This document shows, in pieces, positions 27,377 to 40,918 of a stretch of 64,000 nucleotides of DNA. A program made the translations under genes and the position numbers. The DNA is from the human T2T-CHM13v2.0 reference genome, Homo sapiens, in assembly GCA_009914755.4 (NCBI GenBank), contig CP086569.2:3296001-3360000 (forward strand), read 5' to 3'. A model generated the notes under the pieces. It was given only the letters and a program-made list of their open reading frames with translations, was not told the origin of the DNA and made no database searches. How positions within the stretch are numbered: position 1 is the first letter of the stretch; each line of letters starts with the position of its first letter.

Positions 27377-30300
27377 TCAACTATAATGAATCCAAAAATC
27401 TATTCCAGTGACCCTTACTGCCAAAGGAGTAGAAACAAGTACAGTGTACATTCCTTCCCAATATAGGCCTAGAGAGGGAGAAAGGGAAGGAAGTGCCTTT
27501 ACCAGTACTGAGTCCCCTGGGTTGAATAGACATGGTCCTAGTTCACAGAGTTGGGCCTCCAACAGTTGTTTCAGTTCCTGTTTGAAATGGGCCAAAGAAG
27601 TTACATGTTTCATCAGTGTAGAGGTATCAGAGGTTTCTTGGACTAGCAAGAAATCATTGGTGAGAAAATCCCGTTCATATATCCCTTTTTTTTTTTTTTT
27701 TGAGATAGGGTCTCACTCTGTGGCCCAGGCTGGAGTGCAGTGGTATGATCTTGGCTCTCCGCAACCTCCACCTTCTGGGTTAAAGCAATTCTCATGACTT
27801 AGCCTCCCAAGTAGCTGGAACTACAGTTGTGAGCCACCACACCTGGCTAATGCTTTTTATTTTTAGTAGAGATGGGGTTTCACCATGCTGGCTAGTCTGA
27901 TCTCGAACTCTGACCTCAAGTGGTCTGCCCACTTTGGCCTCCCAAAGTGCTGAGATTACAGGCATGAGCCACTGTGCCCGGCGCATGTATTTTTTTCAAA
28001 GGGGTTTAATCCCAATTTTGAAGGGATGTCCCTAACACATAGTAGGAACATGGAAAGAAGAGTAATCTAGAGGAAATGAGTCTCTTGAGACAGTTTTTTG
28101 AGGTGCCTTTCGATAATATAATTCGTCTTTTCTAGGTCTCCTAAGGATTGTGGTCTATAAGCAAAATAAAGATAGTATTATATTCCTAGTGCCTTTGAGA
28201 CCCCCCCTCTGTGACAGCTGTCTTGAATAAAGGGCCATTATCACTGTGGAAGTATTTAGGGAGTCCAAAGTAAGGAATTATTTCATTAATTAGTCCTTTT
28301 ATCACCTCAGAGGCTTTCTCTATTTGACTTGGAAATGTTTCTACCCAGTTAGTTCCACAAAAGCCTTTAAAGAGTCCAGTCTGGGTTTTCTAAGGGGGTT
28401 TCTTTGAGGTTCTCTCTGGCCACATAGGTTTGCACTACTATCTGTTCACATCCCATTCAAGCTCCCCAGCTTTCTCTGGGAGGAAGGTGGCTGGGTTTAG
28501 GGAGGGACAGCTTCTGAACTGGACCATAGATCCCTCTAATAGCAGCTCTTGATAATTGAGAAGGTTGATGTCCATTAGCCAGAGACTCCCTTCCTGCCAC
28601 ATTATGTGGCATATAAACAGTTAAGTTATTCCTCATGGTTAACTTAGTAGCCTCTGGTACCAGCAAGGCTGCTGCTGCAACTGCCCAGAGGCAGGCTGGT
28701 CATTCTTTAGCTACCAACACAAGCTCCTTGCTTAGGTAGCCTACAGGATGCTGGGCTGGACCTTGGGCCTGGGTTAGAACTCCCAGGGCCATTCCTTTCC
28801 TTTCTGGTATGTAAAGATTGACCATCTGTCTAAGGAAAGACTAAGGGTCAGTGCCTCAAGCAAGGCTTGTTTCAATTAGTCAAAGGCCCTTTTAGCCTCT
28901 GGTTCCTAAATTAGGGAGTGAGTCTTAGCTGCTTGAGTTTCCTTTAATAGGTGACATAAGGGATAAGCTATCTCACTGTACCCAGGAATGCATAATCTGA
29001 AGAATCCTGTAGTGCCCAAGAATCCCCTCAGTTGCTCGATGGTTTTGGGAAGGGAAAAGGAGGAGATGGGCTTAATCCTTTCTTTGCCTAGCACCCTTGT
29101 CCCCTCTAACAAGATTAGACCTAGGCACTATACTGAATTCTGACAGAGCAGAGCCTTAGATTTTGAGACCTTATATTCTCCGTTAGCCAGAAAATTAAGA
29201 AGAGCCTTACTGCCCTCCTGAAAATTTCCTCAGTTGGGGCACAGAAGAGAATGTCACCTACTCATTGTAAAAGTTTAACCTGAGGCTAAAGGAACCCTCA
29301 GAGATCTTTTGACACTGCCTCCCCAAACAGGTGGGGAGCTGTCTCAGAATACCTCAGGTAACACCATCCAGGTTAGCTGGGTGGTATGGTTGGAGAGATT
29401 CTTGAATTCAAACAAATACTGGGAGTTGGGGTGTAGCAGTATGCAGAAAAGTGCATCCTTTTGGTCCAGGACTGTGAAGCACTTAGATCTCTAGGTATTT
29501 GTGTTAGCAGGGTATATGAATTGGAAACCACTGTATGAATTGGAACCACAGCCTCATTAATGAGTTGGAGGTCCTGGACCAGTCTCCATTCCTCATTGGG
29601 TTTCTGTACCCCCAACACCAGGGTATTACACGGGCTGTTGCAGGGTTTGAGGAGGTCCTGCATCCTCAAATTATCAATAATAGTTTTTAGCTCTTTCCTA
29701 ACTTCTGGTTTTAGGAGACATTATCTCTGGTTAGGAAAGCAGGTGGGATCTTTAAGGTGGATCCAGACCAGTATGGCATTTGTGGCTCAGTCAATCATTC
29801 CTTGACTTGCCTAAACTTCTGGGCTAATATTGGTCTCCATAAGGGGGATGCAAAGAGTCTGTCCTGGAGCCATAAGAATGGTGGTTTTCATATAAGCTAA
29901 GATATCCCTGCCCAGCAGAAGAATTGGGCTTTCAGGCATGATTAAAAAGTCATAAGTAAACAAGAGGTCTCCCCAGTTACAACTAAGAGGTTGGGAAAAA
30001 TGTCAGGTTAAAGGCTTTCCTGAGATTCCCCTCACAGTCATGCTAAGGGAGTGGAGGCCCAGAATGGAAAGGAGAACAGAAATGGCCACTTAATTGTCGA
30101 GGAAGAGGTCCACCTTCCTCCCTTCAACCTCCAGAATCACCCAGGACTCCTGGATAGTAATGACAATCTCAACCATTGCAGCCAGGGAGAGGAACTCCAG
30201 TCTCATCAGTCCTGCTGGACCATTTGAGAGATTGGCTCTGGACCCAGTGACCTGAATCTGGGAACAGTCCACCCTCTAGTGGTCCCCATTGCTGATTAAA
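27377..30300 (-). pseudogene. pol remnant (RT, RNase H, IN) with frameshifts and stops, split by an Alu
   Basis: See the RT, connection and IN motifs listed for the provirus. The ORFs are fragmented, the longest being about 98 aa. Confidence 0.75.
27686..27983 (-). mobile_element. Alu SINE (older, AluS/J-like) inserted in the IN region of the minus-strand provirus
   Basis: tttttttttttttttgagatagggtctcactctgtggcccaggctggagtgcagtggtatgatcttggctc...gagattacaggcatgagccactgtgcccggcgc. Confidence 0.95.
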
Positions 30301-31489
30301 CAGGGTTGAAGTGGCTTCCTTACTCTTCCAGGGCAGTTTTTCCTAAAGTGCCATGGCTTGCCATATTTGTAGCAGTTAACAGGTGCTTCTCAGGGATTCT
30401 GGGATTTGTGAGCCTGCAAGGCAGCCATGAGAGCTTCTGCCTTTTTCTTGTGTCTCTTATCTCTCTCTCCTGAGCCTTCTCCTGATTCCTATGGTAAAAG
30501 ACTGAGGTAACTACTTTCAGGAGGTTCTCTAAAGTACTATCTGGTCCCAGGGGCTGTTTCTGCAGTTTCTTCCTGATTTTAGTTGTTCTCCAATTGAATC
30601 AGGATTAGTTGTTCAATTAGATTAGGATTAGTTGAATTAGGACTTGTTGTTCTTCAATTGAATCTGGAGATAGAGGGTTGTGTTTTACCAAGGCATCTCT
30701 TAGCTTTTCCAGGAAGGGCAATGGGATTCTCTAATTCCTGGTCTATCACGGATAGTTTGGAGTAATTGAGAGGCTTAGTTCTAGTCTTTTGTAAGCCCTC
30801 CAATATGCACACCTAAAGTGTTTCCTCTGCCATTTTTCCATTTCATCACTGGGGTCCCATTTAAGGTCCTCCACTGGTACTGCTATTCTTCCCATTGGGT
30901 AAGGCTCATCTGCTTCCTTGGCACTATATGAGATACAAAGCTCATCCTAATAATTCTACTGCTTTTTAGCAGTAGTCAGGGTTTGATTCAAAAGTAATAT
31001 CCTTCCAGGAGAGTTTAAATACTTGGGTTAAATTCTGGAAAGCCTGTATATTCCTGTCAGAGTCATCTGAAAACTTGCCGAGATCACCCTTAATTTGCCT
31101 TTTACCTTAAGTCCTGTAGAGAAAAGGGGACCTGGGACCGTAATGGGAAAATATTCACCAGGTATTTCTTGCAGGGGAAGGAATGAGACTGGGACTTGCC
31201 TAAAATGAGGATTTCTAGGATGAGGCAAACTTGAGAGAGAACCTGAATAGGGATGATGGAGTGGGCCAGGAGGAGCAGGGTTGGAGGGAGATGACTCCTC
31301 TGCTGAAGGCACCTCTGAGATTTGCTTCCCTAGTCCCTTCCGATTTTCCTTTGCAGATTATAACCTAGCCAAGGCTTTGTGCACAGGAATATAAGGCATA
31401 TTTTTTGCCCAGAGTCTGAGGGTCAAAGAGTCCCAGTGATTCAGGATGCACTCAAGAGAAGTGCAGGCTGAAGATAGTTTGTTACCCAT
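30300..31489 (-). pseudogene. gag-pro remnant of the minus-strand provirus
   Basis: The gag start MGNKLSS... is at about 31489(-). A PPGPLHHPY (PPxY-like late domain) lies in ORF 31028..31312(-). A protease-like ORF lies at 30090..30272(-). Confidence 0.55.
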
Positions 31490-34466
31490 CTGAAAGAAAA
31501 GGGGAAAGGCATCCCTTAGTTCCCTTCTCTCTTCCAGTGAAATCCTGGGGTATGTGAGGGAGAGAAAAAAAGGCATCCCTTTCTTTCTTCCCTTCTCCGA
31601 GTCCTGGAAGCCACTAGGTGCACCACCCATGGACACAAGTGCAAGTGCCAACCATGAAGTAGGAAGGCCTAGTCATTAGGGATGGTCACACTTACCTACG
31701 CTGTGCCTTAGCCTTCCACTGTTGGTAACCTTTGGGTTCCCTAGACCTCATCTATGCCACAGATGCAAGCAAATTCTTCACCCATGAAGCAGGAAGGCCT
31801 AGTTGGCAGAAACAATCATACTCACCTGCGTGGTACCGTAGCCTTCTGCTGTCTACTGTCTCTGAATCCCTCAGATCAAGTTTTGGTTTTAGGGCTCCAT
31901 ACCTAAGCTTGGAAAATACATTGGAGTAATGTAAAGTGAAGCTGTGGAACCAGATGCATTAAGGCACCTTTTTAGTACTACCTTGTTCTATGATTCAAGT
32001 CAATGGAAAACTATGAAAACTCGATTTAGGCAGGATTGCTAAGGGCTCAAATACTTCAGAAGTAAAGGCTTGGTCATTTCCTAAAGCTAAGTGCCATGTT
32101 CAGCTTATGTGCTTGCAATGGGCAAAGGGAATATGGAATGGGTAGTCAAAGAAGGTAGTTTTTGAATAAAAGTTTGACCACATGACCAGTTGCAGGAATA
32201 ATTCCTATGATTATTTTTTTCATATTTTTTATGAATGTTTGTATGTTTATGTGTATGGACTTATTATCTTTATTTACTCTCTGTTATCTTATTATCATAT
32301 GACATATAATATATTAATGTTCCATTATCATATTTAAGTGTTGTTAAGTTTAAATTTTAGTATCACATTACAGGATATGAAGAATAGGAGTGAACATTGC
32401 CGAGGACTTCAAATTTTTTTTTTGTTGGAGAAAGAGTTAGTGAATTTTTTGTTGTGCACAGAGTGATTATATCATGTTAGGTGGAAGTATGACTTTGTCA
32501 TTGTCTTTATTTTGAGGTAAGTGTGGGTTAATGAGATGTAGATGGGTGTCAAGTTGACAGGTGGTGAACTAGATTATTAAACTGTATGTGTCAAATAAGT
32601 TAGACTATGATGTCCAGTTGTTTGGTTAAACACTAGTCTAAACCATTCTGTGCAGGTATTTTTTTAGATGTGATTAACCTTGTTTTCAGTTGACTTTAAC
32701 TAAAGGAGATAACTCTGGATAATATGGAGGATTTTTTCTAAATGGTTGAAGGCCTTAAGCTCAAAAATTGAGGTTTCTCAGAATAGAAGAAAACCTATCT
32801 CAAGACTAACAAAATTCCTGCCTGACATTCCATCCTGGAAGCATGTTCTACAATTTTTAGAGTGAAGACTACATCAACTCTTGCCTGAGTTTCCAGCCTG
32901 TAGGCGTGTCCTATTGATTTCAGACTTACTAAACTCCACAATCATGTGAACCCATTCCTTAAAGTCTTTCTCTCTCCTTCTCTTAAAATTTTTTCTGAAG
33001 AAATCTGACTGATAAAGTTTCTTAGAATTTTTTTAAGAGGAATTAATGTATATTAAAGTTTATTTTTAAATTATTCTGCATTCATTGAAATGATCATGTA
33101 ATTTTTTATATTTTCATCTTATGATGGAAATATTATCTACATATCTGTACATACACAAAGGGATATTTGTCAGTCACATGTGGCTATCAAGTGCTTGTTG
33201 TATGACTGGTGTGACTATAGAATTCAATGTTTATTTAATTTTTGTTAATTTATATATACAGAGTTTGCCACATATAGCTAGTGCTATCATTCTGAGGCAT
33301 TAGGCAAATGCTTTCATAGAAATATCAGCTACGGATCCTCAGCTCATCTCTGAAAACTTGTCACTTCCTGGAAATTCATTTCCCTAGTTATCATGGCTTC
33401 TAAAGTTTTCTAATGCCTTAAAATACAGTTTTTGTAATATATCTGGTTTTTCTACTTGTTCTCAGAGAAAGCACTCCATATCATCTCTTTCAGAAATAAA
33501 ATTTGTAAAACTATTTTTAATATAGATTGAGTAAATTATACCTCCACTTCTAATACATACTGAAGTTTTTTGTTCTTTTTGGCTCTATTTTGTCCTAATT
33601 ATTCTCCATTACTGAGGCAAGACTTTCCTGATTGCAGTATCCATTGTCCTGTGAATTATGTGTTTTTCCTCTGTGGCTTGTGGGAACATGCATATTTTCC
33701 AGCCCTGTGTAAACACAAGACACTATTCCTTTAAAATAACTTTTCCCTAGTATTGGTTAGTTGCCTCACACATCTGCACTGATCACTACTTTTATGAAAT
33801 ATTTGAAATCAGGCCATCTGAAGAACTATGGAATTATCTCAGTGTGCAGCTCTCTTCTCTCTGCTATGTTGTCATGCAAATTCTAGTTCTCTTGGTCTGC
33901 CCAGTGTCTTAACTCCCTGTCTTTTACTCCCTGAATCCACCACTATTGTTATTAGATTGTCATACCCGAGCCATGGCCTAGAAAATTTCTTAAGGCAAGA
34001 AACTGGGGTGATGTAGGTCTTACCTTGTTTATTTCCTGGCTGACTCTCTGGGATCACTGTCCTTTGCTTGAAGTTCAGTGTCTTGAAAATCATCTTTCAT
34101 ATATTGTATCTAAATTTTTTGTTTGTTTGTTTCAGATGGCAAGTTATATCCTATGTTACTCCATGTTGGTCAGAAGTGGAAATATCTGATAAGGCTATAA
34201 TTAGGTAATTTTAACATATAAGGCAATGAACACACACTTTTACTTATATTTTTATGGTCTTGGTTTATAAACTAAAACAACAGCAACAACAAAAATAAAC
34301 AAGCAAAAACTAGAAACAAATCCAAAAAAGAAAACAACTCAACTTACTACTGAAGTGTTTGACACCTTAAAAGAATATGTGAAAATAATTCTACACAGAA
34401 AGACAAGCATCATGAAACATTATAAATCCACCAGAAAGGTTAATAAAGATCATAAAAAGGAAGTAA

Positions 34467-34726
<260 letters not shown>

Positions 34727-35855
34727 ATATTTTAAGTAACCATATTAAATATTTTATCCCAAAGATACTAAAAATCTGAAATTTTTACTTCTCCTGGTTA
34801 GGATGGTAATTTGCTATAAAGCAATATTTATTATATAACTTTTAGAAAGACCTCCATGTAATTGTAGATACACTCATGTGGATAAAATAGGATTAGAAAA
34901 CACACCTTCAAATGTTCACAGAAATAATTTGAAAATTGTGTGTGATAACTTGAATGAAATTAAAACCCAAACTTATTTTAGAACTCTGTCAGCAGATATG
35001 CTGTATTTCAGATAGTAGTGGTGGAACCGTAAACATTTACTAAGTGGCAGTTTTTTAAAAAACCTGTCATTTTATTGTTGATTTCCCTACTGGTGGAGTA
35101 AATAAACATATAACAGAAAATTATTTTTATTTTAACTATTAATAGTTACCTTACCATTAGATTTCTGGCAAACTATCACTTACAAAATCAGTGTCCGTCA
35201 ACAACATTGATTTCCTTTTGCTTTGTCATGCTATATTTGAATATTTTTTCACATTTTCAGTAATTTTGGCTTTCAAAGTACTGGTTAAATATTAGTATAA
35301 TATTTGAGAGAACACATTTTATGATCAGTGACAATGGTCAAATTTACTCATTTTAGATACTATATTAATGCATATTGTTTAATTTATGACATATTCCTGA
35401 AAAAATTAGTAAAATAAAACATGTTAAATTCAATAGTCCTCTGCCAATAACTATAATGTGTGCAATTAGCTTTTTATTAAAGCCATTTATTTATCTTCTT
35501 GTTCATAAATAATAGAAGCCGTGGAATATGATACTTTATTAGGCTAATAATAATGATCCAAACTATTATAAAATCTAGAAGTCATTACTATATCATAGAG
35601 TAGAAATTTGATTATCTTTAAAATATTTTAAAACGTGAAGTGCATAGCATACATTTTCCAATGTCTTAAGAAAATATTTTCTGTATGGTTTACGCAGTAT
35701 GTAGGTATTAATCAGACTATCCATTTATGAAAAGCATTCCACTCCATGTGTCAGTTAAATAAAAGATTAAAATTATCTATTTCTGCTTAAATGCATGTTT
35801 TTCTTTAGGACTCCAAATGTTTTTAACTGACTGTTTTTTAAAATTGGCACCATTA

Positions 35856-36169
<314 letters not shown>

Positions 36170-36324
36170 TTAACATTTGTTTTATCATGTTTTTAAAATT
36201 TAAACTTTCAATTTTAGAATAGTTTTAAATACGTAGAAAAATCGTGTTTCCTGTATCTTATCCATTCTCCCATATTGTTAACATTTTATATGACTTTGAT
36301 GCATTAAGGAACCAACATCAGCAA

Positions 36325-36440
36325 AATACTATATATATATAAAATATATACATATTATATATAATATACTATGTATTATATACACTATATATTATATACC
36401 ATATATTTTATACACTATTATATATAGTATATACATTATG
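36325..36440. repeat. AT-rich microsatellite/cryptic simple repeat ((TA)n, (TATATAC)n-like)
   Basis: atatatatataaaatatatacatattatatataatatactatgtattatatacactatatattatatacc... Confidence 0.8.
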
Positions 36441-38159
36441 TGTATACTTTACACATTATTTAGACTTTAATAGTTATTTCTTAATGTCATTTTCAAGAAT
36501 TTCAATCAGAATTGACATTACATTTAGTCATTTCTTAGTCCGATATGATCTGTGACAGTTCTGAGACATTTTCCTTTTGATAACTTTAAGAATTTTACAT
36601 ACTACTGGTCAGACATTTTATAGAATATTGCTCAATTTTTTTTTAAGTTTGCTTTGTTTGTTTGGCACTCGGAGGCTATGAGTTTTGGAGAAGACCACAG
36701 ATACAAAGTGCCATTCATTACATCATATCAAGGGTTTTAAACACTTTTGTATTTTCTGGCACTGTAAGTTGCTTCAGGATAATTTTTGTGTATTTCTTAC
36801 CCTAATTCTAAAATCGGCTTTTACTACAAGTATTCCTGGTTCTTTTATTGGAAAACTGTATTAGAAACTAAAATCACAACACTAGTCATGCCTGTTCTTA
36901 CTGAGATGCTTTTGTTTCTAGGCCCTATCAGGGAATACAAACAAAATTTTACATATACTCACTCATGTATATACATATACCTTTACCTATTTCTGCATGT
37001 AACCAACTATGTTTATGTTAAGCTGATCATTAAAAAATTATTTTATTGAGGTATGACTGACACTTTAAAAGCCATCATTATACTTAAGCTAATCATAAAT
37101 TAATACTATAATCTTCAACTTTATTATCACGTGGATTATTCGAGCCCACTTTCTTTGCATATCTGTAACTCCCAACTACAACAGTGAAAAAGCTGGCTCA
37201 TATCAGTCAATATCAATTAACTTATTTGTTCAATTCCAGTACAAGTGTATAGTGGTTTCAGTAGTGTTAACCCATGTGCCCATGGAAAACAACTTTATCA
37301 GTTAGAATAAAGTGTATGTGGATATTTCCTTTTATCCATCTTACAGCTTTTTCATTTGTTTTTATAACTATTACCTCTTTGAGATATAATTCACATACCA
37401 TGAAATTCATCCCTTTAAAATGTACAAATTAGAAGTCTTTAGTATAGTCACAAAATTATGCAGTCATTACCACTACCTAATTTTAGAAAATAATTATTAC
37501 TTTGAAAAGAAACCCTGTACCCAATAGCCTCGATACCCTATTCCTTCTTCAACCAAGTCTTAGACAATCTTTAATTTACTTTTTGCCTCTACAGATTTGC
37601 CTTTGAATTGAATCATAAAAAAGTGGTCCTTTGTGAGAGTATTATTTTGCTTAGCACATCTTTTGATGTTCTTTCATGATCTGTAGCATTTATCAGTACT
37701 CCACTATTATTTTTTCTTGGTTAACTTAAAAAAAATAATGTACCATATTTTTCAGGAGTTTAAGGCTAATAGAAAAAGAACAGAAGTATCTTTGTTACAA
37801 TTGATGAGCCAATATTAATGCATTATTAACTGAAGTCCTCAGTTTATGTTATAGGTCTCACTTTGTGTTTTACATTCTATGGGTTTGGACAAATGTATAA
37901 TGACATATATCTACAATTACATTATCATACAGAATAGTTTCAGTGCCATAAAAATCCTATGTGCTCCATATATTACAGAAATTTCTACCAATCACTAATC
38001 TTCTTATTCTCAGAATAGTTTTGCTTTTTCCAGAAGGTCATATCCTTAAAATTATACAGGTATGTTGCCTTCTCAGATTAGTTTATTTCACTTAGCAATA
38101 TACATTTAAAGTTCTTCTATTTTTCTCCGATAGTTTTTTTAAAACCACTGAATATTCCA

Positions 38160-38935
38160 TTGCATGCATATATGACAGTTTGGTTACCTATACACCTATT
38201 AAAAACATTTTGGTTGCTTTTAAATTTATTCCATTATGAAAAGAGCTGCTATGAAGATTTATGTGCAGATTTTAGTGTAAATGTAAGTTTCCAACTTCTT
38301 TGGGTAAATATTAAGGAGCAGAATTTCTGGGTCATATGGTAAGAGCACGTTTAGTTATGCAAGAAACTGCCACTCTTTTTCCCAAATATCTGTACAATTT
38401 TGTATTTTTACCAGCAATAAATGAGAGTACCTGTTGTTACATATCCTTATTATCATTTGATGCTGTCGGTCTTTTAAATTTTTCCCATTCTAATAGGTGT
38501 ATAGTGGTATTATATTGTTTTAATCTGCAATTCTCTAATGATATATTTTTGTATGCTCATATGCAATTATGCCATCTGTATGCCTTCTTAGGGAAGCTTT
38601 CTATTCATATTTTTAGATTTTTTTTATTGTTTTTTTTTTTCTTGAGACCTAAGTGTTTTTTGCATATTTCAGGTATCAGTCATTTATCAATGTGTTTTGC
38701 AAATATGTTCCTTTAGTGGCTTTTCTTCTCTTTCTCTTAACAGTATTTTTGATAGAGAATAAGCATTTACATTTAATTAAGTCCAGTTTACCTACCTTTT
38801 ATTTCCTGGATCAGGCTTTTTGTCTTATATGTAAAAAGTCATCACCAAATCCAAGATCATTTAGGTTTCCTCCTACATGTTTTGCTAAGAGGGTTTTTAG
38901 TTTTTTGTTTTGTGGTCATGTCAACTTTTTTTTTA
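38160..38935 (-). mobile_element. Old L1 fragment (antisense ORF2 region)
   Basis: ...gtacaattttgtatttttaccagcaataaatgagagtacctgttgttacatatccttatt...ggtgtatagtggtattatattgttttaatctgcaattctctaatgatatat... is typical L1M antisense. Confidence 0.55.
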
Positions 38936-38939
38936 ACTT

Positions 38940-39760
38940 TTATTTTAGGTTTGGGGGTACATGTGCAGGATTGTTATATAAGTAACTTGTGTGTCATGGG
39001 TTTTGGGTGTACAGATTATACATTTTACATTTAGTTGTATCGTTTATTTTTAGTTAATTTTTGTGAAAGTAGTAAGATTATTATTATTTTTGAACATGTA
39101 TGTACAGTTTTCCAGCACCATTTCTTGAAAAGAATATCCTTTTCCCATGAACTGCTTTCACTCTTTTATCAAAAATCAATTGATAACATTAGTATGGATC
39201 TATTTTGGGGCTCTCTGTGCTTTCTATTGAATCTACTTGTCCATTGTTAGTATCACACTATTTTATTAATGCAGCTTTATAACGAGTATTGAAGTTATAT
39301 AGTGTCAGTCATCCAACTTTGTTCTTGTTCAAAATTGTGTCAGCTATCCTATATCTTTTGTCATTTCATATAAACTTTAGAATATTTGTGAATGTTCACA
39401 ATATACCTAATTTTCATTTTTATTCTGATTGTGTTGAATCTTGAAATCAAGTTAGGAAAATAGCCATCTTGACAATATTGAGTCTTTCTGTCCGTGTATG
39501 AGATATCTTTCCTTTCAGTTAGATATTCAGTTATTTCTTTAATCACAGTTTTATAAATTTTTTCATATAGAAATAACAAATATCTTGTCCATATTTTGTT
39601 AGCTTTGTGACTATTTCAGGATTTTTTAGGTGGTACGATACATGATATTGAGTTTTTAATTTCAAATTCCATTGTTCATTGCTGGTACATGAGGCATCAA
39701 TTGACTTTTGTATATTAACCTTGTATCCTAAAAACTTATTAAAATCCCAATTATTAAAAC
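38940..39760 (-). mobile_element. L1 3' end, antisense segment; the left end tttattttaggtttgggggtacatgtgcagg is the L1 3'UTR antisense
   Basis: ttttaggtttgggggtacatgtgcaggattgttatataagtaacttgtgtgtcatggg... then ...ccagcaccatttcttgaaaagaatatccttttcccatgaactgc.... Confidence 0.6.
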
Positions 39761-40600
39761 CTCATATCTGTCAGAATAAGTAGTATCCAAAAGATGAAAG
39801 ATAACAAGTTTTAGCCAGGATGTGGAGAAAAGGAAACCCTGATATACTGTCAGTGGAAATGTAAATTAGTACAGCCACTATGATAAGGAGTATGAAGTTT
39901 CTCTAAAAGCTAAAAATAGAATTATCACATGGTTCAGCAATACCTCTTCTGAGTATATATCCAAAGAAATTGACGCCAGTATGTTGAAGATAAATCTGCA
40001 CTCCCATTTTCATTGTAGCATTATTCACAATATCCAAGATATGGAAGCAACTTAAGTGTCCATTAATGGATAAATGGATAAAGAAAATATGGTATATATA
40101 CATAATGGGATAAAAAGGGGAATTCTGTCATTTTCAACAACATTGGTGAACCTGGAGGAAACTGTGCTAAGTGAAATAAACCAGACAGAAAGATAAATAC
40201 TGCATGATCTCACTTACATATGCTGAATGTAAACAATGTCAACTTAAAGAAGTAGAGAGTAGAATGGTGATTACTAGAGGCTTGGAATGGGGGTGGGGAA
40301 AGGGGAAATATCTGTCAAAGGATACAAAGTTTTAGACAGGAGGAATAAATTTTAGTGACCAGTTTCATAGCATGATGACTACAGTTAATAATAATTTATA
40401 TTTCAAAATCCCTAAAAGAGTTCAATTTTAAAAGTTCTCCACACACAAAATTGAAAAACAGGCAAGATGAAAGATAAGTTAATTAGCTTGATTTAATTAT
40501 TCTACAATGGTTTATCAAAACATCACACTGTATTCCATAAGCATATAATTACTGTAAATTAAAAATAAAACATAATAAAAAATAAATTTGTTAGAGTGTG
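39760..40600 (+). mobile_element. Old L1 (L1M/L1MA-like) 3' end, sense segment; abuts the antisense segment, giving an inverted arrangement
   Basis: ...gttttagccaggatgtggagaaaaggaaaccctgatatactgtcagtggaaatgtaaattagtacagccactatg...aataaaccagacagaaagataaatactgcatgatctcacttacatatg...atggtgattactagaggcttggaatgggggtggggaaagg.... Confidence 0.65.
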
Positions 40601-40918
40601 CTTTATGCTCAAAACTGTGGTGTATCCTGGTGAATGCTCTGTGTGAAATTAGGAAGCATGTGTATTATGCTGCTGTTGGATAAAATGTTCTATAAATATC
40701 AATTACATATAGTTTAATGGTGGTTCTGTTCTGTTCAACTGTATCATTACTATTTTCTGCCTGCTAGATCTGGCAATTACTGATAGAGAAGTGTTGAAAT
40801 GTTGAACTATAATGCTGGATTTCTCTATTCCTCCTTGCAGATCCTCATATATTATGATGCTTTATTGTTAGGCACATACATTTTATGGATTGTTATTTCT
40901 ACTTAGAGGATTAACCCA

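Larger units (their letters stand above)
26194..31930 (-). mobile_element. Gammaretrovirus-like (ERV1) proviral internal region in order leader-gag-pro-pol-env on the minus strand, interrupted by an Alu at 27686-27983; the 5' LTR to the right of 31930 is not recognisable
   Basis: Minus-strand translations give: gag N-terminus MGNKLSSACTSLECILNHWDSLTLRLWAK starting about 31489; RT ...DLLKPCNSPCNTLVLGVQKPNEEWRLVQDLQLINEAVVPIHTVVSNSYTLLTQIP (29373-29669); the connection domain ...IEQLRGFLGTTGFFRLCIPGYSEIAYPLCHLLK (28906-29112); the IN core ...FCGTNWVETFPSQIEKASEVIKGLINEIIPYFGLPKYFHSDNG (about 28200-28360); the IN C-terminus ...PGDSVLVKALPSLSPSLGLYWEGMYTVLVSTPLAVRVTGIDFWIH (27377-27620); and a TM cytoplasmic tail-like ...LLTLPCCIPYSFCSWDKNLELAKLQ (26194-26397). 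Confidence 0.75.

Noticed and set aside
30590-30680. A short tandem-looking repeat (attgaatcaggattagttg / attagattaggattagttg / aattaggacttgttg) that resembled a minisatellite or a binding-site array
   Set aside because: Only about 3 imperfect units are present within the antisense gag-pro region of the provirus. This is consistent with a small slippage duplication in a decaying element, with no further periodicity.
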